This document shows positions 11,771 to 23,278 of a DNA stretch of 64,000 nucleotides, one piece after another (within the stretch, counting starts at the first letter, position 1; every line of letters begins with the position of its first letter). Position numbers and translations under genes: made by a program. Below the pieces are notes generated by a model. It was not told the DNA's origin and ran no database searches. It saw only the letters and a list, made by a program, of their open reading frames with translations. The stretch is from an uncultured Verrucomicrobiae bacterium. Its GTDB lineage: Bacteria > Verrucomicrobiota > Verrucomicrobiia > Chthoniobacterales > JAFAMB01. The stretch is taken from assembly GCA_963813025.1 (NCBI GenBank), contig CAWEXO010000004.1:114308-178307 (forward strand), given 5' to 3'.

Positions 11771-12090
11771 TTGTCAAAAATGTCAAAAACTAGGTTTTTT
11801 GGCTTTAGTTTCAGGATTCAGTTCCTTAGAAAAAAGTGAAACTAAACTAATACCAATACGACAAGACCCACGGTGACAGCAGGGGGTGTAACAAGTTACA
11901 CACCCCCACCTTGCGGGGGCTGAAGCTGCTGCACCTCGGTCTCAGGCTCTCAGAATTGAAAGTAAATCCAGATTTCGCAAATTACGAAGTTTAAAGGAAA
12001 TAGATTCCATTTTTGGAGCCCCCCTCGTGCGGTTGATCCTTAAGGTGCGGTTGACAGTTGTGGCCTAAGTATTTATTGGTACAATCGCTT

Positions 12091-12285
12091 ATGAAGATTA
12101 AAACCAAGTCGGAGCCGGATCTGTTTCTACAGGGTCAATTTGCGGGCCTTCAGACTGCTCGCTCAATTTTCGAACCTACGCTGATTGCACTCAGGGAAGA
12201 AAACCGGACTCTGCGGCTGGTAAATCAAGAGGCTGCGCGAATCGCTTTGGGCCACTCCCGCATGCTGCAGTCGGTCTTGCGGTGA
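12091..12285 (+). CDS. Small hypothetical coiled-coil protein
   Basis: ATG 5 nt after extended -10 TGGTACAAT; similar to 12683-12832. Confidence 0.5.
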   Translation: MKIKTKSEPDLFLQGQFAGLQTARSIFEPTLIALREENRTLRLVNQEAARIALGHSRMLQSVLR

Positions 12286-12682
12286 AGGGGATTTCCTCCT
12301 GTCCCGATCTCGGCCAGGGGGTGGGAATATCCGAGTGCGGTACCTATCAGAATCGCAACGGGCCTAATGGCCAGCCGGCAGAATTGCAACCATTAGCCAA
12401 TGCCGTTTCCCGCTTCACCGTTTAGCGTACGGCGCGCTTTGATGGTCTGGACCATACAATCTACCAGCCTGCCCCTCAGGATAGCCCAGAAACGGTTTCC
12501 TAGAGGGTTTTCTTGGAACGATCTGCCCGAAGTGCAATGCTTGGGTCCGGGGCATTTTATCGGACCATACGAAAAAATTCGGGCGCTTGAGAAAAGCTGG
12601 CGCGATGGACCGCTCCCATGGGAAGGCTGGAATCACCCGGTTGCCAAGGGCTGGCGCTAGCGTTGACATCCGCCGCATCAGC

Positions 12683-12832
12683 ATGAGCGACGCCAAGCCA
12701 AAGCAGTTAAAAGCTAAATCCCAAAGCGAGGATCCGCAGTTTTTTGCGGGCATCAGGATCGCTCGCGACATCTATATGTCTAAACTCCTCCGGCTCCAGG
12801 AGGAGGTGCGGAACCTAACTCCACGCGTTTGA
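12683..12832 (+). CDS. Small hypothetical protein, paralog of 12091-12285
   Basis: QFFAGIRIARDIYMSKLLRLQEEVRNL vs QFAGLQTARSIFEPTLIALREENRTL. Confidence 0.45.
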   Translation: MSDAKPKQLKAKSQSEDPQFFAGIRIARDIYMSKLLRLQEEVRNLTPRV

Positions 12833-12993
12833 CTCGCAGTGGCTACTCACAACCAGGAAAAACGAATATTCTTTTTCCTTGCGTCGCGGCCAGGAAGCTT
12901 GCATAATTTGAAGGCGATCGCAAGAAGCAAACTCTATAAATTATCACCTTGTCGGTATCTGCTTTCGCCACGCTAACGCAAAGGGAGGTTCAG

Positions 12994-14349
12994 ATGAAGA
13001 AGCTTCTTACTGTACTATCTGTCTTCCTCAGTCTGGTTGGCGTACTACGGGCGTCAACCTCTGATCAAAATGCGTGGGAGACTGCCTACGACCAGTGGCT
13101 CTCTGTCCTGGCACCCTCCACTATGACAGCGGCGGCTCCTAGTATCCGGCAGTGGATGGCGCTTAACCCGATAGACAAATACGCTGCCGCTGACGATTGG
13201 TGGTGGGCGTTACTTCAGAAATGGGGAGGGACATGGCCATTGTGTTACTACGTTGGAGGGATGAACAACCGTTTCCCCTACGATGATCTCTGGCGCGGGC
13301 CGTACCCTGGCAACAAGGTCGTTAATGTGGCTCCAGGGACTAACACACTTGACGCCGCTGTAGCTGCTCACCCCAATGGACATACTACCTACATGCTATC
13401 CACTGGTGATTACTACACCGACGGAGGGCCAGGTGACGGAACCGGCACTGTTTATGGAGATTACAGTCAGGTCGTAGGTAAGGGCGCTGGAGTTACAAGG
13501 GTGCATGTGACCGGGGATAACATTGCTTTTAACGGCGGCACCTTTTGGAATTCAACTTTAGCGGAACACATATTGGTTGAAGGGGTGACTATAGATTGTG
13601 GCGTTACAGGAGCTGCTTTCGCCAGCCAGGGTAGCTACCAGGTTTTGCAGGCGTGCGTGATTAATAATTATGCATCTACTGCTGCCGGGTACGAGGATTT
13701 TCTCGTGTATATGGGATCGGGGGTTAACGCTGTCGGCCAGGTGTCCAAGCATAACCATGTTGTCAATTGTGTCTTTACTCCTGCGGCATCTGGCAACGTT
13801 GGTGGAATTACTGTAGTTCAATTCGGTGCTCCGACCACTGCTGGAACAATGATCTACTACATTGACCACAGTATCGACCGCTGCACCTTCAGCGAACCCA
13901 CGGACCCGGCAACTGCGTACTATCAGTGCGTCGGACAGGCGAATTGGGCTGGTTACAATTACTTCATCGCGCCTCACTTTTCTACCGGCGCGTTCTGGTT
14001 CAGTGAGCCGGGTTCCTGGGGCAGTTTAGACTTCCAGAATGATCGGGGATCGACCTACACTCTGGCAGGCAATCATGTGACTCTTTCGCCGAATTTCCAG
14101 CTTGCGGCGGATGCCAACCATCCCAACGGCGCATTGGGGACGTTCAGACTTCTCTGCAATATAGTTAGCAATGGAGAAACATTCCTTTTCGCGGCAGTTG
14201 ATGCATACCCACCTAATCCCGCGATTGTTGGTATCAATTGCTCCTATAATTTCGTTTCCAGCAGCAACCCCACGATTGACTTGGCTGGTTCTTCTTCGGG
14301 AACGATAGGCTCAATAACTAACGTCGGGAACGTGCCCAACCAACCTTGA
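12994..14349 (+). CDS. Secreted right-handed beta-helix (pectin lyase-like) protein
   Basis: RBS AGGGAGG, signal peptide MKKLLTVLSVFLSLVGVLRA, GKGAGVTRV, VEGVTIDC, Asn/Cys-ladder pattern. Confidence 0.65.
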   Translation: MKKLLTVLSVFLSLVGVLRASTSDQNAWETAYDQWLSVLAPSTMTAAAPSIRQWMALNPIDKYAAADDWWWALLQKWGGTWPLCYYVGGMNNRFPYDDLWRGPYPGNKVVNVAPGTNTLDAAVAAHPNGHTTYMLSTGDYYTDGGPGDGTGTVYGDYSQVVGKGAGVTRVHVTGDNIAFNGGTFWNSTLAEHILVEGVTIDCGVTGAAFASQGSYQVLQACVINNYASTAAGYEDFLVYMGSGVNAVGQVSKHNHVVNCVFTPAASGNVGGITVVQFGAPTTAGTMIYYIDHSIDRCTFSEPTDPATAYYQCVGQANWAGYNYFIAPHFSTGAFWFSEPGSWGSLDFQNDRGSTYTLAGNHVTLSPNFQLAADANHPNGALGTFRLLCNIVSNGETFLFAAVDAYPPNPAIVGINCSYNFVSSSNPTIDLAGSSSGTIGSITNVGNVPNQP

Positions 14350-15274
14350 GATCTCTATGCACGACACATGGCGAAATGCCGCGTCAAGCTGGCTTGCCGA
14401 TAAGTTGGACCTAAAACCCGGTTCGAGCGCTGGGCGAGTCGCTGACGAGCGGCGTTGTTAGGTCAACGCTGCCTAATCGGTCGCGTTTGGCGAAACCACG
14501 CCGTGCAATCCTACCGTGCGGGCCATCACAACGCGCCCATGGTCATTCCTAGCGCCGGGAAACGGCATTCCTGGAAAGTTGACACCGTTCCCTTTGGAAC
14601 AAATGGGTGCCATCAAATTGTCCTTGGTTCAATTCTCCACCGGGGAATACCTTGTTACTTGCGACGGGCACGGCGTTTTGGGTTTTCTCGAATTGGACCC
14701 CGACCTTGACCCTGCCAGCCCAAATGTTCTTGCCCGCATGATCATATCGCCATTGCGCGGCGCACAGCGCAGTATGCACTTGGTCGCACATGGCAAGAAG
14801 GACAAGGGTTTCGAGTCTCTGTGTCCAGCGGGCTCGTTGCACGTTTTTTTCAGAGATTCCTAGGCCTGCGGACCATCCAGATTCGCCCGTTCCCCGACAT
14901 TTATGTCCCGGGCTGGTCCCTTAACCTGCTGCGGTTAAATCGTGCCGCGTAGAGTTGTGCGGCTTGACCGTCTGGTTGAAGGGCGGCCAGAAAGATTTCG
15001 GTACGTCAATCCGTAAACAGACGGCACACAAGGTGCGGGACAGTCTCCCTGTTGACGTGGCGACCATCATTTTCGAGGATTGGATTCCAGGAGGTGGGGC
15101 GCTTCCCTACATTTAGGCACTCTCGGGTGCCGTCCCCCGGATTTAGAGGGTCCTTTTCCTATTTTTCCAACTGCGAGTCGGTTGACTCTGGTTTTATTGT
15201 CGAGTGTGACAATGTGACGCTTTCTGGATTAACAACCCGATCACAAAGGCGGTTATCTGTAATTATCTAAGATA

Positions 15275-15499
15275 ATGAAACGGCAACTACTGAATGAGTG
15301 TTTCCGATGTCAACACCTCAAACCGTTCTCTGCGTTTAATTCGGACAGGACCATTTGTCGGGATTGCCAGCATGAACTTCACCTTGAATATAAAGTCCGC
15401 TACGGTGTTAAGGAATTTAATGCGAGGGCTGCAGCTAATATGCGCAAATACAGATCTAACCTCCGAGCTAAGCGTGCAAAACTAATGGTAGCAGCATGA
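15275..15499 (+). CDS. Small CxxC...CxxC zinc-finger protein
   Basis: CFRCQHLKPFSAF...CRDC, basic helical tail. Confidence 0.6.
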   Translation: MKRQLLNECFRCQHLKPFSAFNSDRTICRDCQHELHLEYKVRYGVKEFNARAAANMRKYRSNLRAKRAKLMVAA

Positions 15500-15705
15500 A
15501 TACCGAATCTGAAATCCTGAAACTAAAGCAATCGGTCCAGGAATTGCAGCGCAAGGTGCGGGCACTAGAAAAAGACCGAACACCAAAGACTTACGCCGAG
15601 TCTACCTATCAGCTTCCTTTGCAACCTACCAGCATCGATCCTGTGCTTGAGGGGATAGTCAACGAACGTAAAAGGTGGCGCAGAGGTTATGTCAGCGGAA
15701 CCTAA
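15496..15705 (+). CDS. Hypothetical coiled-coil protein
   Basis: ATGA overlap with preceding gene. Confidence 0.5.
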   Translation: MNTESEILKLKQSVQELQRKVRALEKDRTPKTYAESTYQLPLQPTSIDPVLEGIVNERKRWRRGYVSGT

Positions 15706-15864
15706 CCATAAAGACGTTCCTGCAGACTGCTTTGGTCCGGTTCCACCGAAAGAAGTCGATCCACTTGTCTACGGACCCCTGGAAAAGGACGAAGTTTTGC
15801 GGCAGCTTAGCATGTACTCCCGCAAGACGCGTAGGCGCTCGTGGGTTAGGGATTTTTGCTAGCA

Positions 15865-16080
15865 ATGAACACCGACGATTTGCCAGAAGAATATTATCTA
15901 ACGGCGCTGGAAATAACCTTGGCTCGTGAAAACTACCTTGCTTGGATAAACGGTCTGCGTCAACGGCAGCTACAACACCAACTCCACGACGAAATCAGGG
16001 CTGTAGCTCGCAGAATAGAGAATCACGAAATTCTTCAACTGGAAGCAGCAGTGGGCGAGGCTGTGTTGGCGGATATTTGA
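15865..16080 (+). CDS. Hypothetical protein
   Basis: Last ORF in a tightly packed run (15275, 15496, 15689, 15865). Confidence 0.45.
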   Translation: MNTDDLPEEYYLTALEITLARENYLAWINGLRQRQLQHQLHDEIRAVARRIENHEILQLEAAVGEAVLADI

Positions 16081-16870
16081 TCCGGACTGAGGTCATGGCA
16101 GAAGAGGCTGTGTTTGCGAGGCGCCTGGCTTTTCGGCGTGCGTATTCCAAAGCATTACATTCCTTGCAAGCAGGCTGCAGTCCGTCCCAGCGCTGGGCGT
16201 CCCTACTGAAGTATGTTAATTCCTTATGGGTTTTGCACCTGCAGCATCTTTTTTCCTCTGCTCCGGAAATTTCATTGATTCTGTGCGGAATACGGCACCA
16301 CTTGTTGTCTAGGGAATATCGATTTCCCATCATTCTGGCGAGGAACAGAGTGCGGCCTTGGGCGCCAGAATGACGGGGAAGCAACATTTCCTAGGCCACA
16401 AGCATACCGAGAGGGCTCGCGCCGCAATAAGCGCCGGAATGACGGGAAAACAAAACGGACTGGGAAACCAAAGTGCCCTAGGATACAAGCACACCGAAGA
16501 GCAGTGCGCAGCCCGGAGCGGTGAACTCCTACCCAGCGGCTGCCTCACCCCCGTCGGTACCATTAACCAATGGACCATTCTTCTTTCGCCCTATTGTTGC
16601 AATCCAGTAGATCTCGCAGAAAAATGCGTAGTCTTCGTCATCAGTTTCTACGATTTTTTCCCGAATCGGCTCAAGACCTTCCTCCAGCAGCTTTCTTAGC
16701 TTGCGGTCGAGGCGTGAATTGTGTCCCGACCGATTGGCCTTAATCGTCTTCCAGTGTTGCCATATGCGGCCATCGCTGCCTTTGCCCACGTAAATCGGAT
16801 CGCCGTTTTTCGGACTGGATATGAGGTATACGTAGTACTTGCCACCAGCCTGGACACATTGGAATACCTA
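15995..16870 (-). pseudogene. GIY-YIG endonuclease with NUMOD3 repeats and C-terminal Zn finger; internal 16340-16519 segment inverted; TAG at 16529-16531
   Basis: KYYVYLISSPKNGDPIYVGKG...NGTDGGE on - strand; GHKHTE/GYKHTEE repeats on + strand; CCRCKTHK...CKEC on - strand. Confidence 0.75.
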
Positions 16871-17050
16871 CCTAGGACGCAACAGTTACTGGCGGCGCGC
16901 AGCAGGTTCCCGGTTCCGAGTAACGTTTCCCGCTGGGGTATGTATATCTTATTATGGCATTGTTAGTTACGAGAGAAATTTTGGGGCGAAAATTGGGGAT
17001 CGATCCGCGTAGAGCGGTCAAGAACTATTCGCCAGTGCACGAGCTGATCC

Positions 17051-17503
17051 TTGGGGACACTGAGAGAATCCCTTTGTATCTTGTTCCCACCAAAGATACG
17101 AAGAAGGCAACCGGAGCCCGCTAATATGCACTGCGAAGATAAATTCGTCTCAAACGGGTACGCCTATACACTTGTGTTTTCTGAACACACACCTATCCAA
17201 GTTGGATCTGTGGCGGTATATAGACTAAAAAACCAGTACAGCCCTTCCATTGCGGAAGAATTTGAAGTCATTATTTGTTGTGCTGGCCGAAGTTACCCAT
17301 TGGCACATAACCACGCAATTTGGGCATTTAATGCAGATGAGAAACAGGTTGCTTTGGACTTCGCCAATCGTGTAATCGCCAATCCGCATCAGCAAAGGGC
17401 GAATGCGGCAGACTTCTTTTATTCCAGCATCAAGAAGAAGACTGCGCTGCTTCCGGAACTTGGCACAGCTGCATGGTCCAGCGTTCCGGCGGGGGAATAT
17501 TAA
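17051..17503 (+). CDS. Hypothetical protein (start uncertain, possibly ATG 17126)
   Basis: Open frame followed closely by next ORF. Confidence 0.45.
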   Translation: MGTLRESLCILFPPKIRRRQPEPANMHCEDKFVSNGYAYTLVFSEHTPIQVGSVAVYRLKNQYSPSIAEEFEVIICCAGRSYPLAHNHAIWAFNADEKQVALDFANRVIANPHQQRANAADFFYSSIKKKTALLPELGTAAWSSVPAGEY

Positions 17504-17507
17504 CCTA

Positions 17508-17786
17508 ATGGCTTCTACCCCACAAAGTGAACGGCTGGCAAGGATCTATGCCGAATGCACCGCGAAAGGGCTTCCGACAGCCGTAAAACAGGCAATACTT
17601 TCGGATTTGGCTGCCAATCCCGGAAAAGCATATTCAGTTACAAAGTGTGGTAACACATATAAGATCAGGCCAGAATACCCGAGTGGCCGTAAGCTTTCCA
17701 AGGCTGCAATAGCTAAGCTGTATGGGCGCAGTACTAAATCAGGATTTGCATGGGGAACAACCCACATAGAAATTGGAAAGAAATAA
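17508..17786 (+). CDS. Hypothetical basic protein
   Basis: ATG 4 nt after upstream stop; MASTPQSERL... Confidence 0.45.
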   Translation: MASTPQSERLARIYAECTAKGLPTAVKQAILSDLAANPGKAYSVTKCGNTYKIRPEYPSGRKLSKAAIAKLYGRSTKSGFAWGTTHIEIGKK

Positions 17787-18211
17787 TCTTTTGTAGACTG
17801 CGCCCAGTGCCAGCGGGCAAATGCTGGCAAATGTTGGTGTTCACAGCTCCCCTTTCGGCTCTATTCCCCGAGAGGGGGGTATCCTAAATAAGAATGAAAC
17901 ACTGTAATCTTTCAGCAACCAAGTGTTGCCAGCTAGTTTGCGCTTTGATTTTTTCTCGCGACTAGCTCCCCTTTTCTTTAGAAACTAAACATGATGACCA
18001 GGATGCACAGACTAAGCGCAGCACAATGTAATGCTATTCTTTTTCGGATGGTCCCGGAAGTGCCAGTGTTGACAGCTTGCTAAGATTAGCTATTCGGACA
18101 CTACACGATCCGCAGACAGATACTCGCGCACTTAGGCCGGCGGATATTCGACGCAGAACAATGCAGTTGTCAGGCCGACTCAAACGAATCGTTAGGAACG
18201 GAATTTAAGTT

Positions 18212-21200
18212 ATGGCAAATTCGAAAGTTCTCGATACTCAGATCCTCCTAACTGGGCACATCGATCCGTCCGTTGTCGCAGCCATGGCAAGGGGTGCTGA
18301 GTACATTCGGAAATTATCCCAGGAATGGAAAAAAAATGAACAAGCTATTTACGGTGATGCGGCTGCGGTCCAACAGTTAAATGCCAGAATTCGCATCACG
18401 CAATCCATGTCGCAACAGCTGGGCGCAAGCATGCGGCGGATCGGCGAGATCGCCAGCGGCGTCGCTGTCGGTGATCTACTCGCGTCTGGGTTCGAGAGAG
18501 CGCTGGGTGTTGCGGAAAGGATTGGAGAAAAGCTAATAGAATTTGGACGCCAAGCCAGTGAGCTGGCGGCCAAGCGTGAACTCATGAGTAAGGGCTTGGG
18601 AAACATTCTTGGCGATCAAGGATTAGCTAATGCCATTATGGAACGGCAACAAGCCACGGCCATTCTGTCGCCATTTCAGGCCACTGACCTTCAACAGACC
18701 GTCAAGCGTTACGTTGCGGCCGGGGCTGATGCCAACATGGCCGAATGGCTGACCAAGCGCTCTGGCGACATCGTTGCGGGCGTTGGTGGTGGGGCTGAAG
18801 CAATGGAGAGGGCAGCACTGGCCTTTGGGAAAATTATAGCTGGGGGCCGTTTAACTGGCCAAGAGGGAAAGGAATTGAAGGACCTCGGAATTCCGTACGA
18901 GAAGACTCTTGCCCAAATCATGGGTGCGAAGAATCCAGAGGAATTGGCGAAAATGCAGCGCCAAGGGAAAATCAGCGCTGATGTGGTTATGCAGATGGTC
19001 AAGCAAATGACCGATGTCGGAGGAATATTCCACGACGGGATGCTAAATTTCTCTAAAACGATGGTCGGTCTGGAAACCAGCTTCTTGGACGTCTGGCATA
19101 AATTCCAGGCCAATTTTAATGAAGTAATCAATGACTGGGCCGCTGTCGCTGCTGATTTTGCCGTCAACAACGACATGTGGAATCAGGCTACTTCCTGGAT
19201 GAACCATTTCAGACAAATGTCGAAGTCTGTGCTTTCGATCCTAACAACCCTGCCGACTTCAGAAAGTTTTGGCAAGTTCAAGCCATTTATTGACGCATTT
19301 CAGGGGTCAATCCGTAGCTTTACCAAGTACGTCAGTTCGTTTTTTACGACCGTCGAAATTCCTAACCAAGGCAACGTGCTTGCGTTAAATGAAACCGGAG
19401 TCGGTGCGGTCCGGGAGATTGTCAAAAACATAACGGACGTTTTGTCCGAGATGTCTAAGTTGGTCACTTCGCCAATGGTTCAGGATTTAGCCAAGGCTTC
19501 TTGGCAAGGGGTGAAGGACTTTTTTGTCGAAGCATTCACTACACTAAAAGCAATCACAGAACTTTATGCAGACTTTAAATCCCATGACATAAAAAAGTTC
19601 TGGGAAGATTGGGATAAATATTCCGGAAAGGTGCACGGACCTGAAGCGCCAGAGAATGAAGCGCGCCACCGTTTGAACAAGCGCAGAAAATCAGCGACGC
19701 GCAGGACAAGCTTAATGCGTTGGTAAATGCTAGCGCACCGGATGCGGACATCCAGAAGGCAAAACAGAACCTAGTGCATTGTAGCATTGACTTCTGATAT
19801 GATGATCTGATAGCAAAAAGGAGTGTTAAAACGATTGGTTCTTTCTCCGCCAGAACGTCGACGACTTAGGCAGCGGGTCCGATCCCGTAGCGGGCGAGCA
19901 GAGGAGGTGCAGCGAGCCAAGATTGTCCTCTTGATTGCTAGCGGCAGATCGCAATGGGCGGTAAGTCGGCAACTGGGATGCAGCATCAACACCGTGCGAC
20001 TTTGGCTGAAGCGCTTTATGGAGGAACGTTTGGCAGGTCTTTTCAGTCGTCATCGTGGCAAGGTAGCCAGCCAACAGAGCGCCAAGCTCGAAGCTCAGAT
20101 TTTGGCCGCGGCCCGACATAAACCCACGGATGGCTCGACGCACTGGAGTACTCGGAAGTTGGCGGCCGAACTTGGCACCAACCATACCCGAGTCGCCCGT
20201 GTTCTGGCCAAAGCCGGACTGCAGCCGCACCGCCTGCGCCGCTACATGGCCAGCGACGACCCGGATTTTGAAACCAAGGCTGCTGATATCATTGGTTTGT
20301 ATCTGAAGCCTCCGGTCAATGCCGCAGTTTTCTGCGTCGACGAAAAGAGCGCCATCCAAGCGCTGGACCGGCTCGATCCAGTGTTGCCGCTCTCGCCCGG
20401 AAGAGCCGAGCGGCACGGTTTTGAGTACTACCGTCACGGCACGCTTTCGCTCTACGCAGCGCTCAACACCAAAACCGGCCAGGTGCTGGGCCAAACTGTG
20501 CCTCGTCACACCAGTGCCGAGTTTGTTGCTTTTCTTGAACAGATCGTCGCCAGCTTTCCCGAGGGCCAGCAGATCCACATTATCGCAGATAATCTCTCGG
20601 CACATCGCACCTCCAGAGTCTGGCAGTTTATCGATCGTCATCGCCACGTGCGGATCCATTTTACACCGACCTATTCTTCATGGCTTAACCAAGTCGAGAT
20701 CTGGTTTTCCAAGATCCAACGCGACGTCATCGCCCGCGGAATCTTCCGTTCGGTCAAAGACTTGGCTAAAAAACTCATGACCTATATCCGACGCTATAAC
20801 ATGAAGGCCAAACCCTTTAAGTGGACCTACCGATCAGCAGAGCGTCGTATCAATCCCGTATCAGGTTTAAACGCTACGCCGCACTAGTCGATGCGGAACA
20901 ACGGCAAAAGGAAATGGCTGATCAGCTAACCGACAGTATGGGCAAGCTGCGGGACGCCCTGCCTCAAGGTAACGGATATGTTCCCGGCCAAGGCTTGCAA
21001 GCGCATGGCAGTACAAGTGACTTCACAGTATACGGTCCGAAGATTGATCCGAAAGGGTCTGCGTTTTACGACAAGGATTCATTTAATGGAATCGGACATA
21101 TTCAAGGAAAGCGATACAGTCTGCAGACCGGAGATTCGGCGATGAAATATGACTACGCTACCAGCCACTATCATATCAAGCCCGGGGAACGTTACATCAG

Positions 21201-21423
21201 TGACAAGGACCATAAATGGCATACCTGGAAGGACACGACCGGCAGCAGGAACCCTGAGAATGAAGACATTTATAAGGGGGCGCAAATTAACGTGACAAAC
21301 AATTTCGCTGTCCATGCCCTCGTCATCATGGGGTGGATTATGTTTTGAGAGCATGCTGAGAAAATAGCATCCACCGTGAAGAGAGTGTTCTCTGATCACA
21401 TGATGACCAGTGCAGTGGTCTAA
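18212..21423 (+). pseudogene. Phage tail tape-measure protein interrupted by IS630, with small indels
   Basis: SPFQATDLQQT...LAFGKIIAGGRLTGQEGKEL...GIP tape-measure N-domain; removing the IS restores NLV-DAEQ. Confidence 0.8.
19771..20887 (+). mobile_element. IS630-family element (transposase 19823-20887), CTAG duplicated
   Basis: HWSTRKLA, VDEKS, DNLSAH, SWLNQVEIWF; CTAG at 19771 and 20884; imperfect IRs. Confidence 0.95.
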
Positions 21424-21472
21424 AGTGCGGAGATACGGCACTGCGTTTTTATTGTCTAACCCGCCGGCTTTA

Positions 21473-22895
21473 GAGATATTGTCAAAAGTTGTGTATCGGG
21501 GATGGGCGCATCCTTGTTGAAATTACTTTTTTGTCGTTAGGCAGCCTGTTGGGTTTGTTCTTCGCCATCGACGAATCGGACGCCCGTGACTACTTTGGCG
21601 ATCAGTTCGGGGCCGTTGAGCCGGCGCCAGTGTTTTTGGGCTTCCAGGCCGAGTTTAAAGACCATGGTCAGTGTCGCGATCCGTGAGCCGGAACCCTTGG
21701 TTCGATGGGTGCGCAGCCGGACGGTAGCGAAGGTAGATTCGATGGGATTGGTGGTCCGTAAATGCGGCCAATGTTGGGCCGGAAAGTCATAGAAACTGAA
21801 CAGGACTTCTTGATCTTTCTGCCAGGCACTCGCAGGCTTTGGAAATTTAGTCTGGTAACTGGAAATGAACTGATCGTAAGCTGCCAGAGCCGCTTTGCGG
21901 GTAGGTGCCAGGTACATTTCATGGATCAGTTCCTTGGCCTTGCCCTGAACACTCTTAGGCATTTTATCCAGGATATTGGCCGTTTTATGCACCCAGCACC
22001 GCTGCTGGGCGACTTGGCCATATTCTTCCTGCAGGGCGATCCAGAAGCCAAGCGAACCGTCGCCGATAGCCAGCTTCGGTGCGGTGGAAAGCCCCAGGCG
22101 TTTGAGCTGCCCAAGCAGTTCACGCCAGGATTGGGTGCTTTCGCGGTAGCCATCGACGACCGCTAAGAGTTCCTTGGTGCCATCCTCGGTAGCTCCAATC
22201 AGGACCAGCACACAGGTTCGTTCCTCATCGAGCCGGACATTGAAGTAGACGCCGTCGGCCCACCAGTAGACGTAACGCTTCTGGCTTAAGTCGCGCTGAC
22301 TCCATGCCTTGTAGTCGGCTTCCCAACCGGCCTTAAGCCTTACGATATTGGTGGCCGATAGACCCGACTGGCTTTTTCGCCCAAAATCGCTGCCAAAGCT
22401 TCAGTGAAATCTCCGGTCGAGATGCCCTTTCAGATAGAGCGCCGGAATCAGTGCATCGACACTGGGTGTCCGACGCATAAACTTGGGCAGAATCGCACTG
22501 GAAAAGCGACCCCTGTCACGATGCCGTACCCGCGGCTGACGAACCTTGATCGGACCAATTCCACTGACTATCTCCCGCTCTGGCAGATGCCCGTTGCGTA
22601 CCACCAACCGCTGCCCATTCTCATCCCGTCGATCCTTGTGGAATTGGATGTAGTCGATCACCTCATTCTCGATCGCCGCCTGTAACAACTTGCGGGCTCC
22701 TTCCTGCAGCAATTGTTCCAAGGAACGGCTTCTCTTCATCTTCAGCTCGCTTATCGAGCGAGATCACTTTATTCTCTGGCACTGGTGCATCCTTTCTTCT
22801 GGCGCCCTCGGGTGAGGCCGCCGTCGTTTCTTTTTTGCTTACTGAAAGGATGCGCCTTTCCTTATCTCCTCATCCACAACATTCGGTTATACCTC
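21473..22895 (-). mobile_element. IS256-family element, transposase (21537-22782) frameshifted
   Basis: 8-bp TSD CGGCTTTA at 21465 and 22896; QRCWVHK, RTTNPIES motifs. Confidence 0.92.
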
Positions 22896-23278
22896 CGGCT
22901 TTACCTTGCATCGGCAGACCCCGTTGTAACAGAGGGTCGATCAGCATGACCAACAGCGACGCATTTTTGCTGCAAAGAATAATCCCGACGGTGCGTAATT
23001 GAGGAAATTTGGTTCAAGCTTCGTTCACTTGCATAATAGCACCCGCAAGAATTGGCTAATTGCCCCACGGCGTTTCCTGTTGCGCTGGACGCGCTTTGTT
23101 CTCCGGAAGGTACCAACTACCACGAAACGGTCCTGAAAGCGTTAAATCCCGCCATTCGTGCAGAATGCGGCGCTCATATTTCATTAATGGTTCGCACCAT
23201 TTCATTCAATGGGTGTGAATGAATTAATTAGATTAGCCTGGACCATTTCAGGCTCTGGCTGTTCCCGCTGGTAATTGA

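Noticed and set aside
9741..12045. Recurrent CCTTAAGG palindromes in the element
   Set aside because: Few copies, irregular spacing, no consistent context; could be chance
16358..16699. Stand-alone + strand NUMOD3 gene
   Set aside because: Better explained as the inverted middle of the - strand GIY-YIG gene
19826..20659. 277-aa antisense ORF in IS630 (also in both later copies)
   Set aside because: Shadow of the transposase, conserved only because the copies are near-identical
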